A stretch of DNA of 64,000 bases from an uncultured Lachnospiraceae bacterium (GTDB lineage: Bacteria; Bacillota; Clostridia; Lachnospirales; Lachnospiraceae), in contig CACZBW010000020.1 in the NCBI GenBank assembly GCA_902779575.1, positions 24 to 64,023 of the forward strand, written 5' to 3'. How positions within the stretch are numbered: position 1 is the first letter of the stretch; the number at the start of each line of letters is the position of its first letter. The notes below the pieces were generated by a model. It had not been told where the DNA came from and did not search any database. It saw only the letters and a list, made by a program, of their open reading frames with translations. Below, piece after piece: positions 7,855-15,775 of the stretch. The position numbers and the translations under genes were made by a program.

Positions 7855-8436
7855 TCAGAGATCATTTTCGGATAAGTATTCTTTGATCTCTTCGATCAGC
7901 ATATCCCCGTCATAGTTTTTGAAGATTCTGGTCATGCATCCGCTGATCATCGGGTTTAAATCCATGCCCGCCTCCACAGAACGGGTATCCGTCTTGAAGC
8001 CATAGCATCTTTTTCCATTTGCATAAGCGATACCGAGTTCAACACAGGCTCCTTCATCCGGAACCCTTCCGTCCAGATTCATAAAGAGAATATCGGCCTT
8101 GCATACTTCACCGGCATCCAGCGAGAATATCATCTCGATGAGTTCTTCTTCCGTTTTTCCTTCCAGCAGGGCGGCTTCTATCCCATCACGCTGCGGCAGG
8201 AAAACCTCGTAGCCATACTCCTCAAGCACTTTTGTCAGTTCCAGATTGAAGTCCTTTTCAGCCTGATTGAAGAGCGGACCCGCGAAATAGACCTTCTTCC
8301 CGCTGCTTTCATTTTCAGTCATTTCTTCCGAAATGATATTGGTATCATCCGCGCTGTTTTCCGCAAAAGCGGAGAAGGAAAACATCATGACCGCGCTCAG
8401 CAGAATCGCACCTGCCATCCTTAATTTCTTATTCAT
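7855..8436 (-). CDS. Exported nucleoside 2-deoxyribosyltransferase-like protein
   Basis: Start at MNKKLRMAGAILLSAVMMFSFSAFA (signal peptide, GAGGAGG RBS). Core VYFAGPLFNQAEKDFN...DEGACVELGIAYANGK resembles the Nuc_deoxyrib_tr family. Confidence 0.7.
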   Translation of the reverse strand: MNKKLRMAGAILLSAVMMFSFSAFAENSADDTNIISEEMTENESSGKKVYFAGPLFNQAEKDFNLELTKVLEEYGYEVFLPQRDGIEAALLEGKTEEELIEMIFSLDAGEVCKADILFMNLDGRVPDEGACVELGIAYANGKRCYGFKTDTRSVEAGMDLNPMISGCMTRIFKNYDGDMLIEEIKEYLSENDL

Positions 8437-8574
8437 GAATTGACCTCCTCTCATGAATCCCAAAAAAAGCCTATCAATAACATTTAACCCTATTTACCGT
8501 GAATTCGCAACAAATGTCTGTTGGTCATCTTCCTTGAGAAACTCACTGTTCCATATTAGTACTATTATAATGCA

Positions 8575-8604
8575 TTGACAAATAAACGGGTGGACGACTA
8601 TAAT
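8575..8604 (+). promoter_or_regulatory. Sigma-70-type promoter for the TRAP operon
   Basis: TTGACA (8575-8580), 18-nt spacer, TATAAT (8599-8604). An 8-bp hairpin at 8617-8636 lies in the leader. Confidence 0.45.
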
Positions 8605-8683
8605 TTTTTATACAAGTTCCACACATCCGTGTGGAGAATACTCTTACATTTTTATACACTTTTTCAAGGAGGGCAAACACATC

Positions 8684-9712
8684 ATGAAGAAGAAAGTTTT
8701 CTCAACACTCCTTTCACTGGCTATGGCCGGAACCATGCTCTTTGGCTGCGCACAGACAGTCATGGCTGATGAAGCCGATCCCGCGGTAACCATTCGTCTG
8801 GGCAACTTCAATGCGGACGGCGAGCCCGGACAGGCTGCCTCCCTGAAATTTGCCGAGCTGGCAAACGAGTATTCGAACGGATCCATCACCGTCGAAGTGC
8901 ACAACAACTCCGAATTCGGCAATGCTCCCGAGATGGCTGAGCAGGTTTCCATCGGCGCCATCGAGGCCTGCCTGATCTGCGAAGCAACACTGGGCGAGTA
9001 TGACAGCCGCTATCACCTCGTAGCCATGCCTTATCTGTATGATGGCTATGATCATGCTTACCGCGTAGTTGACGGCGAATTCAAAGAGTGGGTCGCTGAC
9101 GGCACACTGGAATCCAAAGGCATTCATGATGTAGGCAGCTGGGAGTACGGCTTCCGCAGCCTTACCAACTCCAAGGTTCCGGTAGAGCATCCGGATCAGG
9201 TCAAGGGTCTTCTCATCCGTACGCCTTCCGAGCAGCAGCTGATCTTCTGTATGGAAGCACTTGGCGCCAACGTACAGCAGGTCGCATTCAGCGAGCTGAT
9301 TCCTGCTCTTAAGCAGAAGACAGTCGACGGCCAGGAGAACCCGATCTCCACGATCTACAACAACTCTCTCTGGGAATGCGAGCAGAAGTATCTGACCCTG
9401 ACCAAGCATGAGTGGGAGTCCATGAACCTCTGCATCAACAACAAGTTCTGGGAGAAGCTGACCGACGGACAGCGTGAAGCGATCGAAAAGGCTTCCGCGG
9501 AAGCATCCGCTTTCATGCGCCAGACCGTCCAGGATTCCGAGGCGGATTACCTCGAGAAGCTTGCTGCGGAAGGCATGGAGATCATCGAGGTCGATATCGA
9601 CGAATTCCGTGAGAACATGCAGTATGCATATGACAAGATGGTTTCCACCGGCGCTGTTACACAGGAACAGGTTGACAGGATGATGGAGATCGTCGAGAAC
9701 GCTCGTCAGTAA
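8684..9712 (+). CDS. TRAP transporter substrate-binding protein (DctP type), lipoprotein
   Basis: 342 aa. Lipobox LFGCAQ. DctP-family length and pattern. Followed by TRAP permease genes. Confidence 0.9.
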   Translation: MKKKVFSTLLSLAMAGTMLFGCAQTVMADEADPAVTIRLGNFNADGEPGQAASLKFAELANEYSNGSITVEVHNNSEFGNAPEMAEQVSIGAIEACLICEATLGEYDSRYHLVAMPYLYDGYDHAYRVVDGEFKEWVADGTLESKGIHDVGSWEYGFRSLTNSKVPVEHPDQVKGLLIRTPSEQQLIFCMEALGANVQQVAFSELIPALKQKTVDGQENPISTIYNNSLWECEQKYLTLTKHEWESMNLCINNKFWEKLTDGQREAIEKASAEASAFMRQTVQDSEADYLEKLAAEGMEIIEVDIDEFRENMQYAYDKMVSTGAVTQEQVDRMMEIVENARQ

Positions 9713-9833
9713 AACGATCGCTGCCGTCAGGCAGCAGCGTTTGATGGTATAGCAGATGACAGCATCTTTCGGATCCCCGTCCGCGGGCTTTGAAGGATGC
9801 TGTTTTTGTCAGAATGCAGGAGGAACGAATCTA

Positions 9834-11117
9834 ATGATTGCATTGATTACCTGCGCGGTGCTGATCGGGCTGATGCTTCTCGGCGTACCTGTATGCGCAG
9901 CCATGGGCGGAACCGCGGCTGCCATGTTCACCGGACTCGGCTACCGCGAAATCCTGGCGGTTATGGCACAGCGTGTCTATAACGGAACCACCAGCTTTAC
10001 CATGCTGGCCATTCCATTTTTCATTCTTGCCGGAAATCTTATGAACACCGGCGGCATTACAGACCGTATCTTTAACTTTGCAAAGGCCTGCGTCGGCCAC
10101 TGGCCGGGCGGCCTGGGACAGGTCAACATCGTCTCATCCGTTATTTTCTCCGGTATGTCCGGCGCTGCGGTAGCTGACGCGGCCGGCCTTGGCATGATCG
10201 AGATGAAGGCTATGGACGACGCGGGCTTCCCGCACAGATTCAGCGCGGGTATCACAGCCGGTTCATCGACCATCGGCCCCGTTATCCCGCCTTCCATCGC
10301 ATTTGTCGTCTATTCCAGCTGCGCGACCGAAGCGTCGGTCAGCAAACTTTTCGCGGCCGGCTTTATCCCCGGTTTCATGATGGCGATCGCGATGTCCATC
10401 TGGGTCTACTATACCAGCATTAAGAACAAGTACCCCGTCGAGCCCAAGATGCCCTGGAAGGTGCGCTGGCAGTATTTCGTCAAGGCGATCCCCAGCCTGA
10501 TGACCATTGTGATTATCGTCGGCGGTATCTGGAGCGGATGGTTCACCGCGACGGAAGCTTCGATCGTCGCCTGCTTCTATGCACTGATCTTAAGCTGCGT
10601 CGTTTACCGTGAAGTAAAATTCAGGGACCTGTTCGGAATCATCTATAACAGCATCGTGACCAGCTGCAAGACGCTCTTCATCATTGCGATCGCGAACTTC
10701 CTGGCTTATTTCATGACACACCAGCGTGTGCCGAACCAGGTCATCGACGGAATGCTCGCCATTACCGACAATAACGTTGTGCTCCTTCTGATGATCATCT
10801 TCATCCTGCTGATTCTGGGCATGTTCCTGGAAGGTACGGCGGTCATCCTGATCGTAGCCCCCATCTTCCTGCCGATCATCGCGCAGATGGGCATGGGCCA
10901 GCTTCAGTTCGGCGTTATCATGGTACTTGCTTCCATGATCGGTCTTCTGACGCCTCCGGTAGGCATGAGCCTTTACGCCGTGTCCTCGGTAACGGACGTG
11001 CCTATGCTGGAACTGTCAAAAGAAGTTATCCCCTATGTGATCGGTATCCTTTTCGTGCTTATGCTGTGCGCGTTCATTCCGCCGCTCTGCACATGGCTGC
11101 CATCCATTCTGGTTTAA
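9834..11117 (+). CDS. TRAP transporter large permease (DctM type)
   Basis: Start set at MIALITC (AGGAGG RBS). Polytopic, about 428 aa. Confidence 0.9.
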   Translation: MIALITCAVLIGLMLLGVPVCAAMGGTAAAMFTGLGYREILAVMAQRVYNGTTSFTMLAIPFFILAGNLMNTGGITDRIFNFAKACVGHWPGGLGQVNIVSSVIFSGMSGAAVADAAGLGMIEMKAMDDAGFPHRFSAGITAGSSTIGPVIPPSIAFVVYSSCATEASVSKLFAAGFIPGFMMAIAMSIWVYYTSIKNKYPVEPKMPWKVRWQYFVKAIPSLMTIVIIVGGIWSGWFTATEASIVACFYALILSCVVYREVKFRDLFGIIYNSIVTSCKTLFIIAIANFLAYFMTHQRVPNQVIDGMLAITDNNVVLLLMIIFILLILGMFLEGTAVILIVAPIFLPIIAQMGMGQLQFGVIMVLASMIGLLTPPVGMSLYAVSSVTDVPMLELSKEVIPYVIGILFVLMLCAFIPPLCTWLPSILV

Positions 11118-11129
11118 GAGGAGGCTGCC

Positions 11130-11624
11130 ATGCAATTTTTGAAAAAGCTTGATCAGATCGTAGCCGCAATCCTGAAGGCCGTGGTGGTCACCTGCCTTGT
11201 GCTCATCGCAGTTATCCTGCTTTTCCGCGTCATTATCCGCTTCACGCCCATCAATATTTCCCTGTCCTGGACAGATGAAGTGGTCGAGTGGTGCATGGCG
11301 TATATGATCTTTCTTACGAGTGCGCTGATCATGAGGGACGGCGGACATTTCCGCGTTGATCTTCTGCAGCAGAAGTTTGAGGGTACAGCCTTTATCCGTG
11401 TGCTGAACTTCTGCATCACGATCTTCAATACCGTATTTTTCGCGGTATTCTTCTACTATGCCTGGGATCTGTTTTCCAAAGCGCAGGCGCCGACTATTAT
11501 TCTCCGCGCGCCGCGCCAGGTGCCCTATGCCAGTATTCTGATCGGCGGATTCCTGATCCTTGTCTACTGTATCCGCGATATGATAGCCGCCTTCGGGGAA
11601 CTTCGCCGCGGCGGAAAAAGCTGA
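11130..11624 (+). CDS. TRAP transporter small permease (DctQ type)
   Basis: 164 aa, four hydrophobic helices, GAGGAGG RBS. It lies after the large permease, which is an unusual P-M-Q order. Confidence 0.8.
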   Translation: MQFLKKLDQIVAAILKAVVVTCLVLIAVILLFRVIIRFTPINISLSWTDEVVEWCMAYMIFLTSALIMRDGGHFRVDLLQQKFEGTAFIRVLNFCITIFNTVFFAVFFYYAWDLFSKAQAPTIILRAPRQVPYASILIGGFLILVYCIRDMIAAFGELRRGGKS

Positions 11625-11715
11625 GAAAGAAGGATAAACCGCATATCTGAAACAGAGTACTCCGATACTCTGCCAGGAGCAGAAATCAACTGAAATACAA
11701 GGAGAAAAACAAATT

Positions 11716-12288
11716 ATGGATGTAATGGAAGTGCTCCGCACAAGGCGGACGTTCCGTGCCTTTACGCAGGATCCGGTTCCTCAGGAAGTTCTCATGGATA
11801 TCCTGGAGGCCGGGCGCCTGGCGAACTGCGGCGCGAACAGACAGAGCCTCCGCTTTGCAGTGGCACAGAAACCGGAAGATGTGGCGAAGCTTTGTGAGCT
11901 GACTAAATGGGCGGCCGCCATCCCGAACGGAGCCGGAACTCCGGCGCCGGAACAGCGCCCCACCTTATATATCGTTATCCTGCAGGATACCTCTGTAACG
12001 GGATACAGCGATATCGATGTGGGCATCGCGGTGGCCGGCATGACTACGGCAGCCTGGGCTAAAGGCGTCGGCAGCTGCATCATCGGAACCCTGCACCGGG
12101 AGAAAACCGCGCAGTTTCTGGGCCTTCCGGAAAATCTGCAGGTCCATACCGGCATCGCCTTCGGCTATCCCGCTCACAAGAGCACGGTGGTAGCGCTGGA
12201 AGACGGCCGTAAGAATTACTGGCGTGATGAGAACGGCGATTACTATGTGCCGAAATACGCGCTGGAAGAGATCGTGCGATATATGTAA
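11716..12288 (+). CDS. Nitroreductase-family protein
   Basis: 190 aa. N-terminal LRTRRTFRAF motif. AAGGAG RBS. Confidence 0.85.
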   Translation: MDVMEVLRTRRTFRAFTQDPVPQEVLMDILEAGRLANCGANRQSLRFAVAQKPEDVAKLCELTKWAAAIPNGAGTPAPEQRPTLYIVILQDTSVTGYSDIDVGIAVAGMTTAAWAKGVGSCIIGTLHREKTAQFLGLPENLQVHTGIAFGYPAHKSTVVALEDGRKNYWRDENGDYYVPKYALEEIVRYM

Positions 12289-12393
12289 GTCAGAATAATA
12301 TGATTGCGGCGCCGAAAGCCGGGCCGGAGAAAATTGTTAATACGATTTTTGCAGGCCGCACTTTTAGCGGTTTAATCATATTATTAACAGCCA

Positions 12394-12427
12394 GAGAGGG
12401 CCTGCCGCATCCGCGGCAGGCCCTCTC
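12394..12427. terminator. Perfect 15-bp GC-rich hairpin between convergent genes
   Basis: GAGAGGGCCTGCCGC ATCC GCGGCAGGCCCTCTC. No clean U-tract on either side, so its role (terminator or stabiliser) is uncertain. Confidence 0.5.
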
Positions 12428-12455
12428 CTGTTCCCTATGGTTAAAAGACTAGTTT

Positions 12456-14543
12456 TCAGGACTGTTTCAGAAGATCTGTCATGCTGTTCAGGCTGATGGC
12501 CAGGGTTGACGCATTGTGCAGCAGCGCCGTCGTCGTGGATGGAAATACACCCAGGGCGCCCATCAGCATAAGGAATGAATTGATCGAAATCGTTCGCCAG
12601 TAGTTTCCGTGAATCCGTTTCATCAGGCTGTCGCTTAACTTTTTCAGAACCACAAGGGCGTGCAGATCATCCTCCGAGATCGTTATATCCGCAAGTTCCC
12701 TTGCGATTGCCGCGCCGCTGTTGATCGCGACGCCGCAGTCGGATTCTGAAAGCGCGGGAGAATCATTGATCCCATCCCCCACCATGATGACTTTTCTTCC
12801 GGAACTATGTACTCTCCGGATAAAAGCGGCCTTATCCTCCGGCAGAACTTCCGCGTAATAATCATCCACTCCGACCATCTTTGCCACGGCGCGGGCGGTC
12901 CGATGGCTGTCCCCGGTCAGCATCACAACTCTGTTTATGCCAAGGCCGTGAAGCTGCCTGACGATATCCGCCGCTTCCGCTTTCAGCGGGTCTTCGATGA
13001 GAATGACGGCGGCTAATCTTCCGTCTATCGCCATATACAGATGAGAGCATTCATCCGGCAGATTCTCAAAATGAGTTTCTTCTCCTTCCGGAATGACAGC
13101 TCCTTCATCCTCAAAGATGAAATGGTAACTCCCGATGCACACTTTTTTACCGTCTATACTGCTCACGATCCCGTGTGCAACGAGATAATCCACCGTAGAG
13201 TGCCGCTCCTCATGCTCCAGCTTTCTCTTCTTTGCTTCCTTCACCACGGCATTGGCCATGGAATGCGGATAATGTTCCTCCAGGCAGGCGGCAAGACGAA
13301 GCATCTCATCCGCGTCTGTCCCCCCGAAGGTTTCGACTCCGCGCACACTTGGGGAAGCGCATGTCAGTGTTCCGGTTTTGTCGAAGACAATGGTTGCCGC
13401 TTCTGAACAGTTCTCCAGGAACTTGCCTCCTTTGACGGAGATATTATGGGTGCCGGCTTCCCGCATGGCGGAAAGAACCGCGATCGGCATGGAGAGCTTC
13501 AGGGCGCAGCTGAAATCAACCATCAGAATCGCCGCCGCGCGCGCCGCGTTCCCGCTGATCAGCCAGGTAAGGGCAGAAGCTCCCAGAGTCCAGGGCACCA
13601 GCCTGTCAGCCAGGTGAGAAGCTTTATCCTCTGTGGAAGATTTCAGTTTCTCTGTTTCCTCGATCATCTTTACGATGCGGTCATATCTTCCGGTACCGGA
13701 TTCCTGGCGCACGGTAATGACAAGTTCTCCCTCATCCATTACGGTCCCGGCATAGATCATGCTTCCGGGGCGTTTATGCACGGGAAGAGGCTCTCCGGTG
13801 ATGGAAGCCTGGTTCACCATGCCGTCCCCCTCCAGTACCACGCCGTCCAGCGGGATCATATTGCCGGTACGGACCACGATGGCATCCTGCTCCCTGACCC
13901 GGTCGACTCCGGTCAGGACTTCCTGTCCGTCCGCTGTACGCACCCAGACTTTGTCCACATTCAGCGACATGGCTGCAGCGAGATTCTCCACAGACTTCCT
14001 GTGCGTCCAGTCCTCCAGGATTTCGCCGATCCCAAGCAGGAACATCACACTGCCGGCAGTATTGAATTCTCTCCGGAGCATCGCAACGGAAATGGATGCC
14101 GCATCCAATACCGACACCTCGATTTTTCCTGAAAAAATGGATTTCAGGGCTTTCGCGAGATACGGGACCGCCTTTGCGGCAGTAATAACCGTACGCAGCG
14201 GGAATGGCAGAAGGAACCTGGTGATCCCTCTCCCGGCAATGTGGAAGAACATCCGGTCTTCAAAATTCCTTGTCAGGACCCGTGTGGTATGCGCCGGCAC
14301 TGTTGTCTGCTCCGCAGCTTCTGCGTAACAGAAGGAAGCAAGCAGCGAAAGAAGCTGCTCCCTCGCATCCGGGCGGTACCAGATAACGGCGTTGCAGGTA
14401 CGCTCGTCCGTCCGCGCTTTTGTGATGATCTTATGTGTTTCCAGCCATGCCTGGGTCAGGTCCGCCTGTTCCGGCGTCATGCGGCTTTGCACGAAATGCA
14501 CGCGCATACGGCCCCGGCTTTCATGAAGGATCCTGCATCTCAT
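12456..14543 (-). CDS. P1B-like P-type ATPase with non-canonical transmembrane motif
   Basis: 695 aa. TGEPLPV, DKTGTLT, GDGINDSPAL and EEHYPHS (HP-type) motifs are present. FSCALKLSMP sits where P1B pumps carry CPC. The N-terminal ferredoxin-like domain lacks CxxC. Start overlaps the upstream stop (TAATG). Confidence 0.9.
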   Translation of the reverse strand: MRCRILHESRGRMRVHFVQSRMTPEQADLTQAWLETHKIITKARTDERTCNAVIWYRPDAREQLLSLLASFCYAEAAEQTTVPAHTTRVLTRNFEDRMFFHIAGRGITRFLLPFPLRTVITAAKAVPYLAKALKSIFSGKIEVSVLDAASISVAMLRREFNTAGSVMFLLGIGEILEDWTHRKSVENLAAAMSLNVDKVWVRTADGQEVLTGVDRVREQDAIVVRTGNMIPLDGVVLEGDGMVNQASITGEPLPVHKRPGSMIYAGTVMDEGELVITVRQESGTGRYDRIVKMIEETEKLKSSTEDKASHLADRLVPWTLGASALTWLISGNAARAAAILMVDFSCALKLSMPIAVLSAMREAGTHNISVKGGKFLENCSEAATIVFDKTGTLTCASPSVRGVETFGGTDADEMLRLAACLEEHYPHSMANAVVKEAKKRKLEHEERHSTVDYLVAHGIVSSIDGKKVCIGSYHFIFEDEGAVIPEGEETHFENLPDECSHLYMAIDGRLAAVILIEDPLKAEAADIVRQLHGLGINRVVMLTGDSHRTARAVAKMVGVDDYYAEVLPEDKAAFIRRVHSSGRKVIMVGDGINDSPALSESDCGVAINSGAAIARELADITISEDDLHALVVLKKLSDSLMKRIHGNYWRTISINSFLMLMGALGVFPSTTTALLHNASTLAISLNSMTDLLKQS

Positions 14544-14842
14544 TATGCGCCTGCCTCTGCCGCCTCTTCAGACACCCCGGCAAGGATTGCCTTTGCGTCT
14601 TCAATCATCTGCTCCTCATATTCCTTCTGTCTCTCCTCATTAATGTCCTTCGCGGCAGCTGCGATATCCTCCACATTTTCCCTGATCGTAGTAACGTCTT
14701 TCATCACGGTATCTTTCATGCGCAGGACGGCCGCGGTCGTATGTGTGTAAGCGCACTTTGCGTCACGGCTGGAAAGGATTCTGACTCCGTAACTTCCCAT
14801 TAAAATACCGCCGGCAAATAATCCGATCTTTTTCCAGTCCAT
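14543..14842 (-). CDS. Small protein with N-terminal TM helix and charged helical tail (resembles proteins annotated DUF6110, from memory)
   Basis: 99 aa, AGGAGG RBS, translationally coupled to the ATPase gene. Confidence 0.6.
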   Translation of the reverse strand: MDWKKIGLFAGGILMGSYGVRILSSRDAKCAYTHTTAAVLRMKDTVMKDVTTIRENVEDIAAAAKDINEERQKEYEEQMIEDAKAILAGVSEEAAEAGA

Positions 14843-14885
14843 CTTATCCTCCTCTTTCTGCCCCGCCGGGGCGCCAGTCTAATCT

Positions 14886-14944
14886 GAGAAAACGCTGATT
14901 CCAGGGTATCAGAAGCTGCTGTTCGGAATAAATCAGCGTTTCCC
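14886..14944. repeat. ~59-nt imperfect palindromic intergenic element, copy 1
   Basis: GAAAACGCTGATT ... AATCAGCGTTTCC arms. Its reverse complement aligns at about 45 of 58 positions with 24476..24535. Confidence 0.6.
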
Positions 14945-15358
14945 TTACAAATTTTTCAGCGTAATCATCTGCCAGAGATGGTATCCGACCTGGACAGGCA
15001 TGGGCATCGCAATGTCCGCCGCCATCTCTGCCAGAATCCGGAGTCTCAGTTTTGTCTTCAGCTGCTCATCCAGCTTCCGGCTCTTCATCTCCGACATGCT
15101 GATCCGCTTTTCCTCTTCCCTTGCAAGCATGTCAACATTTTCAAAGCGGAACCGGTCAAGCCTTCTCAGAATCTCATCGATCCCGCAGTCAAACTCCAGG
15201 GCACAGTTTCCCGTCGCCCGGTACACCGTCACTTTCGTTACGCCGGGCATCCCGGAAAATGCATAGTCCAGGATGCGCGCTTCCTCCTCCGTTAACCCGA
15301 AGCTGTGCAGCCGGACACGGATCCGCCGCTTCGACTGAGCTTCAATACGATATTTCAT
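14945..15358 (-). CDS. HMA-like (ferredoxin-fold) domain protein without CxxC, paralogous to the ATPase N-terminus
   Basis: 137 aa. RIRVRLHSFGLTEEEARILDYAF...VTKVTVYRATGNCALEF parallels RMRVHFVQSRMTPEQADLTQAWL...ITKARTDERTCNAVIWY in the ATPase. Confidence 0.65.
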   Translation of the reverse strand: MKYRIEAQSKRRIRVRLHSFGLTEEEARILDYAFSGMPGVTKVTVYRATGNCALEFDCGIDEILRRLDRFRFENVDMLAREEEKRISMSEMKSRKLDEQLKTKLRLRILAEMAADIAMPMPVQVGYHLWQMITLKNL

Positions 15359-15400
15359 ACCTGTACCTGTCTCCCGATATGGTCAGCAGCGCAGCAAGTG

Positions 15401-15481
15401 TTATTTCTTCTCATATCCTGTGATGATCGTCATAAGAAAACAAAAAACCGTAGCCCAGGCAAAAAATTTATGTCTTTTCAT
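15401..15481 (-). CDS. Possible 26-aa hydrophobic leader peptide (MKRHKFFAWATVFCFLMTIITGYEKK)
   Basis: ATG 15481 with AGGAGG 7 nt upstream. Lies between the promoter at 15546-15573 and the HMA-like gene. Too short to verify by homology. Confidence 0.35.
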   Translation of the reverse strand: MKRHKFFAWATVFCFLMTIITGYEKK

Positions 15482-15545
15482 TGAAAGTCCTCCTGACAAA
15501 TAACAGCATCGCCCCGCTTCTGTTAGTCAATTCTAACAATATTTT

Positions 15546-15573
15546 ATTATATTCTATTTGCAAAATTTGACAA
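15546..15573 (-). promoter_or_regulatory. Sigma-70-type promoter of the ATPase operon
   Basis: Minus strand: TTGTCA (15573-15568), 16-nt spacer, TATAAT (15551-15546). Confidence 0.5.
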
Positions 15574-15775
15574 GTAGTTTCCGGATAAAAAACTGCCTGC
15601 CTGGTCCGGGGCTGTAAATGGTACGCATCCCGGTTCTGCCCGGGAAGAATAAACGCCCGGCCTGAAAACCGGCGTGGATTCGATGTGGTATTGGTATTTC
15701 GTATGTGATAAACTTTTACTGTCAATGAAAGGAAAATGGCGCTGCTGTGTCAGCAATGCGGGGAGGTGTGCCGCT

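Noticed and set aside
12294-12385. Perfect 12-bp inverted repeat AATAATATGATT / AATCATATTATT flanking 68 nt (MITE-like or long hairpin)
   Set aside because: My rough estimate is that a 12-bp inverted repeat within 100 nt is expected by chance at order 0.1-1 per 64 kb. There is no second copy in the window and no target-site duplication beyond a trivial CAG.
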